NCBI GenBank assembly: GCA_963662285.2
Contig: CAXXMV010000002.1
Span: forward strand, 1,632,001-1,696,000
DNA length: 64,000 nucleotides
Reading direction: 5' to 3'
Source of the DNA: a bacterium
GTDB lineage: Bacteria; Hinthialibacterota; Hinthialibacteria; Hinthialibacterales; Hinthialibacteraceae
The notes under the pieces are model-generated. The model searched no databases and had not been told where the DNA came from. It saw nothing but the letters and a program-made list of their open reading frames with translations. Shown here piece by piece: positions 8,587 to 18,132 of the stretch. How positions within the stretch are numbered: the first letter of the stretch is position 1; every line of letters starts with the position of its first letter. The translations under genes were made by a program, and so were the position numbers.

Positions 8587-11500
8587 CTAATAAGACAGCG
8601 TTTCTTCGGGGTTGGATAATTTTTTGATTGATGGTTCAAGTTTTACATGATTTTTGATGCCTACTATCTTTTTGAAATCTTCCACGATCAGATAAAGAGC
8701 GGGAACCAGTAACAGAGCGATTAAGGTAGCGAACATGATTCCATAACCAAGCGCGATGGCCATGGGGATCAGGAATCTGGCTTGTACGGAGGTTTCCATA
8801 ATCATGGGCATCAGGCCGAAGAAAGTTGTAAACGATGTTAACATAATTGGTCTTAAACGCCGTTTGCCCGCATAGGTGATGGCTTCAAGAGGAGTTTCGC
8901 CTTTGTCGCGCGCTCCGTTAGCGGCATGAACCAATACCAGTGAATCGTTGACGACAACGCCGCTCAGCGCCACAGTTCCCATCATACTGACAAAACTCAG
9001 GTCATACCCCATGATAACGTGTCCGATAACCACGCCAACCATACCAAAAGGGATGGAGAACATGACGATTATGGGTTGAATGTAACTCCTGAAGGGAATG
9101 GCCAGCATAGCGAAAATTACGATTTGCGCCAAAAGGAATCCGGTTAAGATGCTGCTCATGGATTCGTTTTGTTCGCGTTGCTCTCCTTCGAGCGAATAGC
9201 TTAAACCGGGATAACGACCCAGGATGCCCGGCAGTATATCACGCTGCACATCTGCAATAACCTTGTCTGCATTGGCGACGCCATAAACAATGTCACCAGT
9301 AACGTTAACCACTCTGTGTCCATCAGTGCGGTTGATGCGGGTGTAGGCGCGTCCCAGTTCTATTTCGGCAGCTTCTGTAAGTGGAATCTCGCCGCCCTGT
9401 GGGGTGCGGATCAGGAAATCCTCTATATTAAATATTGATTCACGCTCCGCTTCTGGCAGGCGAACCATGATCCAGATTTCTTCTCGTCCCCTTTGTTGCC
9501 GAAAGGCGCGTGATCCGTAAAAGGCGCTACGCACCTGACGGGCCAGGTCGGAAGCGGTCAGGCCCAGGCTCTGGGCTTCAGGTTTAATCTTCATGTCAAA
9601 CTGAGGCTTACCAACCTCAAAGCCATCATCAATGTCTTTAACTCCATTAAATATCTCCAGAGATTTAGCCAGTTCGGCTGCGGCGCTGCGTAATACGTTT
9701 ATATCGGGATGACTCAATTCGATATCAATGGGCGCTCCAGCTGAAGGTCCCGCGGAATATTTAAAGGTAAGCGTCTCCAAGCCGGGTATATTTCCAACCT
9801 CTTCGCGCCATTCTTCGGAGAATTGCTTGGCAGATAGATCGCGTAAGTCGCTATCCACCAGAAAAACCTGCACGCTGGCCAAGTGGCTTTTAGAACCACC
9901 TATGCTAACTGGATCCCCGGTCAAACCACCCGAAAATGGATTGCCGCCTATAAAGGTCATAACGCCGCGTTTGATTCTATCTCCACCGTGGTTTTCGATG
10001 ATCTGTTCGGCGGCAATGAGCATTTTATCAAGGACTTTTTTAGTCTCTTCGACCGGGCTGCCATAGGGAAGAACGGCGTCAGCCGTAATGGTATCGCTGT
10101 CTACCCGTGGGAAGAAGTTGAAATTAATATGCCCGGCAGCGACAAATCCACCAGTCATAGTCAGCACCGCAAGACCAATTGCCAGAGTCAGATAACGGTT
10201 TCTAAGCGTGACGTTCAATAACGGGTCGTATAGGTAATCAATGAATTTTTGTAGAGCGCTAGCGAAGAATCCCTGAATGTAGGAGATGAGTTTAAAAATT
10301 CCTTTGGGCGTCCAGGGTTTGGAATGACCGAGATGCGATGGCAGCACGAACAATGATTCGAACCACGATATGCCAAAGACGGATACAACGATAATGGGAA
10401 TGACGAAAAAGAATTTTCCGGTTACTCCGGGCACAAACATAAGGGGCATAAATGCCGCCATGTTGGTTAGAATAGAAAAGGTAACTGGAACCGCCACCTC
10501 CCGTGCGCCAAGAATAGCCGCTTCAACGTAGTTATAACCCCGTTGGCGAAATTCATAGATGTTTTCGCCGACCACAACGGCATCATCAACCACAATTCCC
10601 AGAGTGACGATGAATGCGAAGAGCGATATCATGTTGACCGTCACATCAAATACCGGAAATAACAGGAACGAACCTAGGATTGATATAGGGATGCCCATGG
10701 TTACCCAGAAGGCCAGGCGGATTTCGAGGAAAATCCCCAGGATCAGCAACACTAGAACTAATCCTAATCCAGCATTACGCAGAAGAAGGTTCAAACGTCC
10801 TTCGTATATTTCCGCTGAATCGAGCCATGTGGTGACTCCGATAGTCGATGGTAGAGTTTGTTTTAATTCTTCGGCGTAATCTTTGGCTTTTTGAGATATC
10901 TCTATAGGCGTCTGATCGCCGGTGCGGAAGACGGCGACTCGTACCGCTGGTTTGCCATTACAATAAGCAGCCTGATCTGTATCGCGGAAACCATCAATGA
11001 TGGTGGCGATATCGGAAAGAACCACATGAGTTCCATCAGCCCGGCTGACCAGGGGGATATTGGCGAATTGGCTGCCGAAGTCGCGCCGTTCAGCAGTTCG
11101 AATCAGCACTTCTCCTCCGGGGGTTTTAACGCTTCCACCGGGTAATTCAATGGCAGTGCTTGCAACCTTATGGGCGATTTGATCCAAAGTCAGGTTGTAG
11201 GTGCGCAGTTTTTCCTGGGAGACTTCGATGCTGATTTCCAGGGGTCTAACGCCGCCCAGTTCAACTTGGGTTACGCCAGGTTTTTTCAGCATTTCCAGGC
11301 GTACCGATTCGCCTAATTGACGCAGTTCGCTTTCATCCACGTCTCCATACAGGATAATGGAAATTACTTCACGGCGCATAGTTAAAAGACTTACGATGGG
11401 TCGCTCGGCGTCTTGTGGAAAAGAGGTAATCCGGTCGACGGCGTTCTTAACATCCTGCAGCGCCTTATTCTTGTTGGCGTTAGTCTCTAATTCAGTAAGA

Positions 11501-11793
11501 ACGATGCCGGAGCCTTCCACTGCAATCGATTGCACCTTCTTGATTCCATCCAGTCCTCGAACTCCTTCTTCAATGGCCAGAATAATGCCTTGTTCGACTT
11601 CAGCTGGACTGGCGCCGGGATATGCTACGGAGGTTTGGATGTAATCTATCTCAAATTCAGGAAAAACTTCCTGTTTTACCTGTAATGCGAAAAGTAATCC
11701 ACCAACCAGCAAAATTATCATAAATAGGTTGGCGGCCACAGAATTCTGCGCCATCCAGGCGATGGGGCCTTTCAATTCACGGGTGCGTTTCAT
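8587..11793 (-). CDS. RND efflux transporter permease (AcrB/AcrD/AcrF family)
   Basis: 1068 aa. GIVVDDAVVVGENI, RLRPIMLTS, 12-TM pattern. Confidence 0.95.
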   Translation of the reverse strand: MKRTRELKGPIAWMAQNSVAANLFMIILLVGGLLFALQVKQEVFPEFEIDYIQTSVAYPGASPAEVEQGIILAIEEGVRGLDGIKKVQSIAVEGSGIVLTELETNANKNKALQDVKNAVDRITSFPQDAERPIVSLLTMRREVISIILYGDVDESELRQLGESVRLEMLKKPGVTQVELGGVRPLEISIEVSQEKLRTYNLTLDQIAHKVASTAIELPGGSVKTPGGEVLIRTAERRDFGSQFANIPLVSRADGTHVVLSDIATIIDGFRDTDQAAYCNGKPAVRVAVFRTGDQTPIEISQKAKDYAEELKQTLPSTIGVTTWLDSAEIYEGRLNLLLRNAGLGLVLVLLILGIFLEIRLAFWVTMGIPISILGSFLLFPVFDVTVNMISLFAFIVTLGIVVDDAVVVGENIYEFRQRGYNYVEAAILGAREVAVPVTFSILTNMAAFMPLMFVPGVTGKFFFVIPIIVVSVFGISWFESLFVLPSHLGHSKPWTPKGIFKLISYIQGFFASALQKFIDYLYDPLLNVTLRNRYLTLAIGLAVLTMTGGFVAAGHINFNFFPRVDSDTITADAVLPYGSPVEETKKVLDKMLIAAEQIIENHGGDRIKRGVMTFIGGNPFSGGLTGDPVSIGGSKSHLASVQVFLVDSDLRDLSAKQFSEEWREEVGNIPGLETLTFKYSAGPSAGAPIDIELSHPDINVLRSAAAELAKSLEIFNGVKDIDDGFEVGKPQFDMKIKPEAQSLGLTASDLARQVRSAFYGSRAFRQQRGREEIWIMVRLPEAERESIFNIEDFLIRTPQGGEIPLTEAAEIELGRAYTRINRTDGHRVVNVTGDIVYGVANADKVIADVQRDILPGILGRYPGLSYSLEGEQREQNESMSSILTGFLLAQIVIFAMLAIPFRSYIQPIIVMFSIPFGMVGVVIGHVIMGYDLSFVSMMGTVALSGVVVNDSLVLVHAANGARDKGETPLEAITYAGKRRLRPIMLTSFTTFFGLMPMIMETSVQARFLIPMAIALGYGIMFATLIALLLVPALYLIVEDFKKIVGIKNHVKLEPSIKKLSNPEETLSY

Positions 11794-13055
11794 TATTTGT
11801 TCTCCTCATTAGCAGCCGATCCATCACTAGATTGAGGAGGGGTTGAGATGGCGCTTTTAATATCCTGGCTTACAGTTTGCAATATAGTCCCAGGAATAGG
11901 AGTAGAGATATTGTTGGTTATGATGCTCTCGCCATCTTTGATATCACCCTGGATTATAACCTGGTCTTCATAACTTCTGAGAACTTCAATCCGGCGAATT
12001 TCCAACTGATTATTTTGATCGATAATCCAAACCTTGTCGCCCTCACGAAGAGCTTTCCAGGGGATGGATATAACGTCATTCATCATTTTTCCTTCAATTT
12101 TCACTCTGACATAATCATCAAGCAGAAGGGGCATTAAATCTTCAGCAGATTCCGCTTTAAGATTAAGAGGATCATCAATAGCCACCAGCAGTCGCGCCAT
12201 TCGTCCGGTAGTTTCCAAACCGCTCAACAAGCGTACGACGCGACCGCGCCATTCAACCGACTTGCCTTGGCCCAGGTTGCGCGTAACGTAAACCTCGGCG
12301 CCTTGAGAACCATCCTGGTTGGGCAAGGGAATCCAGGGCAAATCTTTGACATGTACGGAAACCTGCACCCAATACTGATCGGTTCCAATTAATGTGGCGA
12401 TTGTGCTTTGGGGATTAAGCACCTGCCCGGGATCAACGAATTCAGTTTGGATAATAGCATTGAAAGGAGCGCTGATAGTGGTGCGTTGCAAGTCGAGTTT
12501 AGCTTCATCAAGACTGCTGCTGGCGCCGGATAATGAGGCCTGGGCTTTTTGTAGATGAGGTATGCGCAGGGCTAAACTGCGCCCGGCTTCGGTGGTTTCA
12601 ACTTGTGAGCCAAGCAGTTTCCATTCACGTTCAGCGATGGCTTTGCGGCCTTCCTCTTCGGTGAGTCTGAACCTAGCTTCTTCGAGTAGGGCTTTCTGTC
12701 TTTCCAGGGCGTATTGATAATCCCGTGGATCAATGCGAACCATGACATCGCCTTTGGTCAAGCGTCCACCGGGAACCAGGTTGGGATTCTGATAAACAAT
12801 TCGTCCGCTGACTTCCGGGCGTAGTTCAATTTGCTGAGCCGGTTTTACTGAACCGTTGGTAGATATGATTATTTTTTCATTGGTGCTTTTTGCAATGATA
12901 ACCTCAACCAGAGTTGGTGGATTCTCAATCTGCTTTTTAGCTGCGGTCGGTTTGGTTTTGATCAAATATATAGTTATGGCGGCTCCACCAGCCAGTACGG
13001 CAAGAGGTAATAGAACTTTGAAAAGTATCTTAAATATTATCTTAATGAACTGCAT
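11793..13055 (-). CDS. RND periplasmic adaptor (membrane fusion protein)
   Basis: N-terminal TM anchor, LRPEVSGRIV and TTISAPFNA lipoyl halves. Translationally coupled to the permease. Confidence 0.93.
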   Translation of the reverse strand: MQFIKIIFKILFKVLLPLAVLAGGAAITIYLIKTKPTAAKKQIENPPTLVEVIIAKSTNEKIIISTNGSVKPAQQIELRPEVSGRIVYQNPNLVPGGRLTKGDVMVRIDPRDYQYALERQKALLEEARFRLTEEEGRKAIAEREWKLLGSQVETTEAGRSLALRIPHLQKAQASLSGASSSLDEAKLDLQRTTISAPFNAIIQTEFVDPGQVLNPQSTIATLIGTDQYWVQVSVHVKDLPWIPLPNQDGSQGAEVYVTRNLGQGKSVEWRGRVVRLLSGLETTGRMARLLVAIDDPLNLKAESAEDLMPLLLDDYVRVKIEGKMMNDVISIPWKALREGDKVWIIDQNNQLEIRRIEVLRSYEDQVIIQGDIKDGESIITNNISTPIPGTILQTVSQDIKSAISTPPQSSDGSAANEENK

Positions 13056-13118
13056 GAATATTCTCCTATTGATAAACCAGGGATTAATAGAAATCCTACG
13101 TTTTAATGTTTCTGCTTT

Positions 13119-14534
13119 TTATTGGTTATAACTTTCATCTTGTAATTCCGAGGGCCATACGCCGCCCAGAGCGCGATGTAATTGGATTCTGAAATTAATC
13201 AAATTGCGTTGCGCTTCCAGTTCGCTGCGTTCAACCTGCTGGACGGCCTGCAAAGCTGTGAGCACGGGAAGGTAGTCGCCCAGTCCGCCGACATATCTGG
13301 AACGGGTTTCAGCCAAAGTTTGGTTTGATATTTCCAACTGTTTTTGCAGACGTTCCAAGTATTCTTTCTGTTTCTGTTCCTGCGTTAAGGCGTCTTCAAC
13401 TTCTTTAATGGCGGTTAGCACAGTGTTTCCATAAGCCATTAATCTTTCTTTGACGACGGCGCGGGTTCGGTCTACTTCGGCGGAACGTCGGTCTCCATCC
13501 AGAATGGGGACTGCGATATTGGCCGCTATGGTCCATATCCAGTTGCTGAATAATTGATCCAGCTGGTCGCCTCCCAATCCGGTGCGTCCGGTGAGGGATA
13601 GTATGGGATACTTATCCGCGACCGCAGCCGCGATACGGTGATCTGCGGCGACCAGGCGTTTTTGAGCGGAACGGATATCAGGCCGACGAGTAAGTAAGTC
13701 AGACGGAACTCCAGTTTCAGGCAGTTCCGATAATTGGGGCAGGATGTCCGGTTGCTCAGGAAGTTCATACCTTGGTGAACGCCCCATCAGAACCGCCAGC
13801 TGGTGTTGAGACAAAGTTAATTGAGATTCAACTGTCGGGATTAGAGAACGGATGGATGCCAAATGGCTGCGTTGTTGATATACATCAACCGCTGAAGTCA
13901 TGCCCTGCCCGAAGCGGGATTCGGTTAAGTCCAGAAAAGTCTGACTGACCTCAATTTGACGATTGATCAGATCTAGACGCGCCCGCTTTTCGATGGCGGA
14001 AAACCATAAATCGCACAGGTTAGCGGAAAGCGAGATGGCGATGGTTTCAACATCATCACGGGTGGCCTGCCAATCCAGTTCAGACGCCTGACGGCTTGAA
14101 GCAATACGGTTCCACAGGTCGACTTCATAGGATGCGGCCAGGCTATGAGAAAAATTCGCGCTTTCATTACGGGTCTGGTTGCCGCCGAATGACATGAATG
14201 ACCGGTTGCGTTGGGCGCCAGCGTTATATGATAACTGCGGCTTGCCAGCGGCGCCTGCCTGGCGGGCGATAGCGTTGGCCTGCTCCATTCTAGCCCAAGC
14301 CATGCGCAGGTCGAAATTATCTGACATGGCGATATCGACGATCTGGTTCAAATCTTCATCGTTAAATGATTGCCACCAGCGGTCGGGCGTCTCGACCGAG
14401 CCGGACATGGCGTAATGTTCCGGCGTGATGAGTGGCGGTTCGGGTGATAGGTTAACCGTATGCAGAGTGCAAGCCTGCATAAAAACCATTAGAGATACGG
14501 CGCAAACTACAGATAAATAGCCTCTGATTTTCAT
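13119..14534 (-). CDS. Outer membrane efflux lipoprotein (TolC/OprM/NodT family)
   Basis: Likely start MKIRGY at 14534 with lipobox MQAC. ASYEVDLW, LLTRRPDI, LHRALGG. Confidence 0.92.
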   Translation of the reverse strand: MKIRGYLSVVCAVSLMVFMQACTLHTVNLSPEPPLITPEHYAMSGSVETPDRWWQSFNDEDLNQIVDIAMSDNFDLRMAWARMEQANAIARQAGAAGKPQLSYNAGAQRNRSFMSFGGNQTRNESANFSHSLAASYEVDLWNRIASSRQASELDWQATRDDVETIAISLSANLCDLWFSAIEKRARLDLINRQIEVSQTFLDLTESRFGQGMTSAVDVYQQRSHLASIRSLIPTVESQLTLSQHQLAVLMGRSPRYELPEQPDILPQLSELPETGVPSDLLTRRPDIRSAQKRLVAADHRIAAAVADKYPILSLTGRTGLGGDQLDQLFSNWIWTIAANIAVPILDGDRRSAEVDRTRAVVKERLMAYGNTVLTAIKEVEDALTQEQKQKEYLERLQKQLEISNQTLAETRSRYVGGLGDYLPVLTALQAVQQVERSELEAQRNLINFRIQLHRALGGVWPSELQDESYNQ

Positions 14535-14595
14535 AATTATTCCCTGTGTTTTATATAAAATAGATAAATTCAATCGTTCATCAATTAATGTTTTT

Positions 14596-15114
14596 CTAGG
14601 TCTTTGGAATATTTTCAATTTGCTCAATTTGTTGTGCGATTTTACCAAGCAGCGTTATCAAGGTAGTTTTCTCTTGATCAGAAAGACTGCTTGTCAGCCA
14701 TGCGACTCTGCGGAAATGAGTCGGAAGAATAGAATCAAGAAATGCCAGTCCCTTGTCCGTTATTTTGATTATTATTGACCGGCGGTCATTGGAAGCATGT
14801 TCTCGTTTAACTAATTCATCCCGTTCAAGGTTATCCAATAAACCAGTTACAGTGGCCCGGCTAACACCTCCGCCTTCCGCCAATTCTGAGGGGCTGACTC
14901 CATCCTTATATTTTCGATTAAGCAGCATCAAAATAGTGAAACGTCCAGTGGATATGCCTAAATCAGCAAAGTGAGATTCACCCAGGTTCATAACATCGCT
15001 GCCAACGCGCAATAGCCTAAGCATGGTTTCGATTGCTCTTGGATTAGCATCAGGATATCTTGCAGCGAGTTGGTCTATTTCTTCTGAACTAGGTATGTCT
15101 TGAAGAGTGAACAT
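14596..15114 (-). CDS. MarR family transcriptional regulator
   Basis: SPSELAE..VSRATVTGLLDNLERDELVKR...DRRS winged HTH. First gene of the efflux operon. Confidence 0.92.
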   Translation of the reverse strand: MFTLQDIPSSEEIDQLAARYPDANPRAIETMLRLLRVGSDVMNLGESHFADLGISTGRFTILMLLNRKYKDGVSPSELAEGGGVSRATVTGLLDNLERDELVKREHASNDRRSIIIKITDKGLAFLDSILPTHFRRVAWLTSSLSDQEKTTLITLLGKIAQQIEQIENIPKT

Positions 15115-15122
15115 TTAGATTA

Positions 15123-15170
15123 AGTTAGCCTCCTAACTATTATGTGCCTAATTGTAAGTGACCTGACTAT
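15123..15170 (-). promoter_or_regulatory. Putative MarR operators
   Basis: Palindrome AGTTAG-GAGG-CTAACT (15123-15138) containing the SD, plus two degenerate copies directly upstream. Confidence 0.6.
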
Positions 15171-15304
15171 TTTGTCAAGGAAAAAGTTCTCGATTTTTTG
15201 AGTTATTTACCGCATGTAAGTGGTATTGCTTGCAAGTATTTTATTTGTATAGACTTAATTGATTAGGTATAAACTGTTCAGGAAAAAATTCAGCATTAAA
15301 ATAA

Positions 15305-15337
15305 TCAGGGATAACCCAAAACTCGGATTATCCCTGA
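15305..15337 (-). terminator. Hairpin downstream of the CotH gene
   Basis: TCAGGGATAA...TTATCCCTGA. Confidence 0.55.
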
Positions 15338-15367
15338 GAGAATTCAATAAATTAGGAAGATACCAAA

Positions 15368-17908
15368 CTAATACAGACTCCAATTAGATACAGGAGTGGG
15401 TAGAAGAGTGCTCAGAAATTCACGCCTCAATTGAACGAATGTTCTAAGAATATCATACGAGTCTGTAATCTGTTCCCGCCGGGTGTTGCGCATTGCGCCG
15501 GTATGTTCTTCAAGAAGTTGTAAATCATCCAAGAGGAACTTCTCGACTTCTGCGAATTTGCCAAACATGCGTTCTTCTGTGAAAGCATGATTAAATTCGT
15601 AACCCATCCGGTCAATGTATTGCTGATAGAATACTTCATCCTTGCATAGCGGTCCGGTAATTGGTCCGGTATCACGACCCGCGTGTGCTGCTCTGCCGTT
15701 TAAGGGGAATTCAAGCGGCATTTCGGTAAACATGGGATTGGAGTCAGTGTATCCCCAGGCTTTATCCAGGTCCCAGGGAATCATTTCCCACTTCTGCGTA
15801 TCGGGATCAAGAGTCATCCAATGATTGTTATGGAAACCATCCCAATTGCTCAATAACACGCAGGCGGTGATGTACTGAATAAATTCATCCACATCCAGGT
15901 TGGTTTCAAGCAATTCATGCAATTTTGTTTTATCACGCTCTTTCAGTAGTGTTTCGAGGTTGTCGATACTGGCCGTGCCGTTTTCCAGATTGTTGTGGGG
16001 TTCCCAGTTGGGGCTTACATAATTTCGTTTAAACAAATCGGCGTCTGGATTGCGGTCGTTGATTTCTAAAAACCTTTCGTTGACTTGCTGAATCATTATC
16101 CGTTGAGTGTGGCTGCCATCCACAATTACGCGGAACCAATCGGTCAGGGGAGCAGGGATGCCCATTTCACGGAAAAACCAGAATCCAAGGTCTTCACGGT
16201 GGGGAGTACTAGGGCCGGAGGTATTGCCAGTTTGATTGTATTCTGGAAGCATATTTAATGTCCGGTCACCCCGGTATTCTTCGCCTTTGAGGAACTTCAT
16301 TTTCTGCCCATTACGGGATGTGTGGATCATGGCGCCATCGAAAACCAGAGGATGCGTTTCACCAGCTGGCAAGATAACCGCCCCGCTCATAATCCGTTCC
16401 ATTTCTATCAACGAGACTGGGCTTTCATAATAAGGCCATAATATGGTTAATAGAGATTCAACTTCTCCATCGTAGACGAAATAAGATTCAAAAGGACGCA
16501 GATTCATTACATGAGGTAAAACCAGGGTTGAATCATCATTTAGAATAAGTTTGGCATTAAACCGTATGAGCGACTGGGACGGCATGGCTGGAATTTTCGC
16601 TTCATAGGTTACCGAATCAACGCTCTCTGCGATGCGAGTCATTAAGATTTGGTGGATATCTGATTCAACCTCCGTAACGATATGTTCTCCTTCAACGAGA
16701 CTGACTCCTAGTGAGAATGATGATGCAGTTAAACTGGAATTAAGCCCCACCATAGCGAGAGTGTTGTTTTCGTTTTGCAATAATCCATTGTCATTCGGGA
16801 TGGTGAAAATTTCCCAGTTGTTTGAACTGTGTGTATCGGTTGCAAGCGATTCGTGGTTAACTGATTGAGGGATGTTGTCGCTGGCGACTTCGATGCCATT
16901 GAGGTAACAAACAAAACCTCCAGTGTAACGAACCATGATGTTAACGTTTGCCAAAGTATCGGCATCAGGAATGGAAAATTTACGGCGTAGGTATACGGTA
17001 GAATAATTCCTCCGCATATCGTTTAGTTCAGTGCGATTGCGGTTCCATCCACTTCCGCCATAGCCGAATGTACCCTGTCCCCGTCTCCAGGAAGAATCAT
17101 CAAAGTCTGGAGCAGCCCAAAGGTCTGATTCAGAAGGCGCTTTGTTTCCTTTCCAATACTGAAAATTATCTCTGGATGAAACATAAGTTTCCGGTCCTTG
17201 GTTGCTTCCGCCTTCGACGCCTTGTTCGGCTTTTTCCCATTGCAAGGTTACCGATTTGATAATATTTGCGGCATCGAAACCCATGCGGATTGCGACCTCA
17301 TCACTAGAGGTTGGGTGTTCGGGTAGAACTTCATGCGCAAGAATAACCGGGCGCGGCTTTGTTCCGCTGATGGAATTAGCCAGACCGGGCGTCCCTTCAT
17401 CTAATAAAGAAGCCCGCCAACTGTGGAAATCATCCGCTGGTAAATCCCAGGCGATCCGCTCCAATGTTGACCCATATCCGTCTGCGCTACGGCTCCAGGG
17501 AGGTGAATCGTTATATTTGAGTTCTTCAACTACCGTTCCATCGGGACGAACCAGCGACAACCGTTCGCCGCTATTGGATAATTTGCCCTCTAAAGGGCCT
17601 ATGACAGGAGATGGAGCGTTGTTCCAGATACGATTATCTGGATCACGCGCCAGCACCAGATAAGTATACGGCGCCATCAAAGAGCCTTCTGGAAGAACAA
17701 AAGTTGTCCCTTTATCAAAGTAATAACCGGATACATCAACAGAATCTGGTCCTGGATTGTACAACTCGATAAACTCTCGGATCGATCCCGTCGTATACTG
17801 TTCGTCGGGGGGATTGTAACTAATCTCATTAATAACTACATCCGCTCCTGCTATGGAACATATTATCAGTAATCCCAATAATCCCAAATAAAATATAATT
17901 TTTCTCAC
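15368..17908 (-). CDS. Secreted lamin-tail-domain + CotH kinase family protein with the shared C-terminal motif
   Basis: Signal peptide. VVINEISYNP...EFIELYN (LTD). SNWDGFHNN...IPWDLDKAWG (CotH). Ends TPVSNWSLY. Confidence 0.88.
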   Translation of the reverse strand: MRKIIFYLGLLGLLIICSIAGADVVINEISYNPPDEQYTTGSIREFIELYNPGPDSVDVSGYYFDKGTTFVLPEGSLMAPYTYLVLARDPDNRIWNNAPSPVIGPLEGKLSNSGERLSLVRPDGTVVEELKYNDSPPWSRSADGYGSTLERIAWDLPADDFHSWRASLLDEGTPGLANSISGTKPRPVILAHEVLPEHPTSSDEVAIRMGFDAANIIKSVTLQWEKAEQGVEGGSNQGPETYVSSRDNFQYWKGNKAPSESDLWAAPDFDDSSWRRGQGTFGYGGSGWNRNRTELNDMRRNYSTVYLRRKFSIPDADTLANVNIMVRYTGGFVCYLNGIEVASDNIPQSVNHESLATDTHSSNNWEIFTIPNDNGLLQNENNTLAMVGLNSSLTASSFSLGVSLVEGEHIVTEVESDIHQILMTRIAESVDSVTYEAKIPAMPSQSLIRFNAKLILNDDSTLVLPHVMNLRPFESYFVYDGEVESLLTILWPYYESPVSLIEMERIMSGAVILPAGETHPLVFDGAMIHTSRNGQKMKFLKGEEYRGDRTLNMLPEYNQTGNTSGPSTPHREDLGFWFFREMGIPAPLTDWFRVIVDGSHTQRIMIQQVNERFLEINDRNPDADLFKRNYVSPNWEPHNNLENGTASIDNLETLLKERDKTKLHELLETNLDVDEFIQYITACVLLSNWDGFHNNHWMTLDPDTQKWEMIPWDLDKAWGYTDSNPMFTEMPLEFPLNGRAAHAGRDTGPITGPLCKDEVFYQQYIDRMGYEFNHAFTEERMFGKFAEVEKFLLDDLQLLEEHTGAMRNTRREQITDSYDILRTFVQLRREFLSTLLPTPVSNWSLY

Positions 17909-18132
17909 TATTTACCTCTCCCATTTTAATATAACTAAAATATATTGGAAACATTACCATATTTAGTCGCTTCTAAAAGAGAAATAGTTCATTTTTCTTG
18001 ATATTTCACAGGAATTACTGAAAAGAGTTTTTCTGAGGTGTACATCGTTTCTAACAGCGTGATAATAAATAAACATAATTATGACAAATAATCTACAATA
18101 TTATAATCCATGAAAACAGTGATATAACCATA

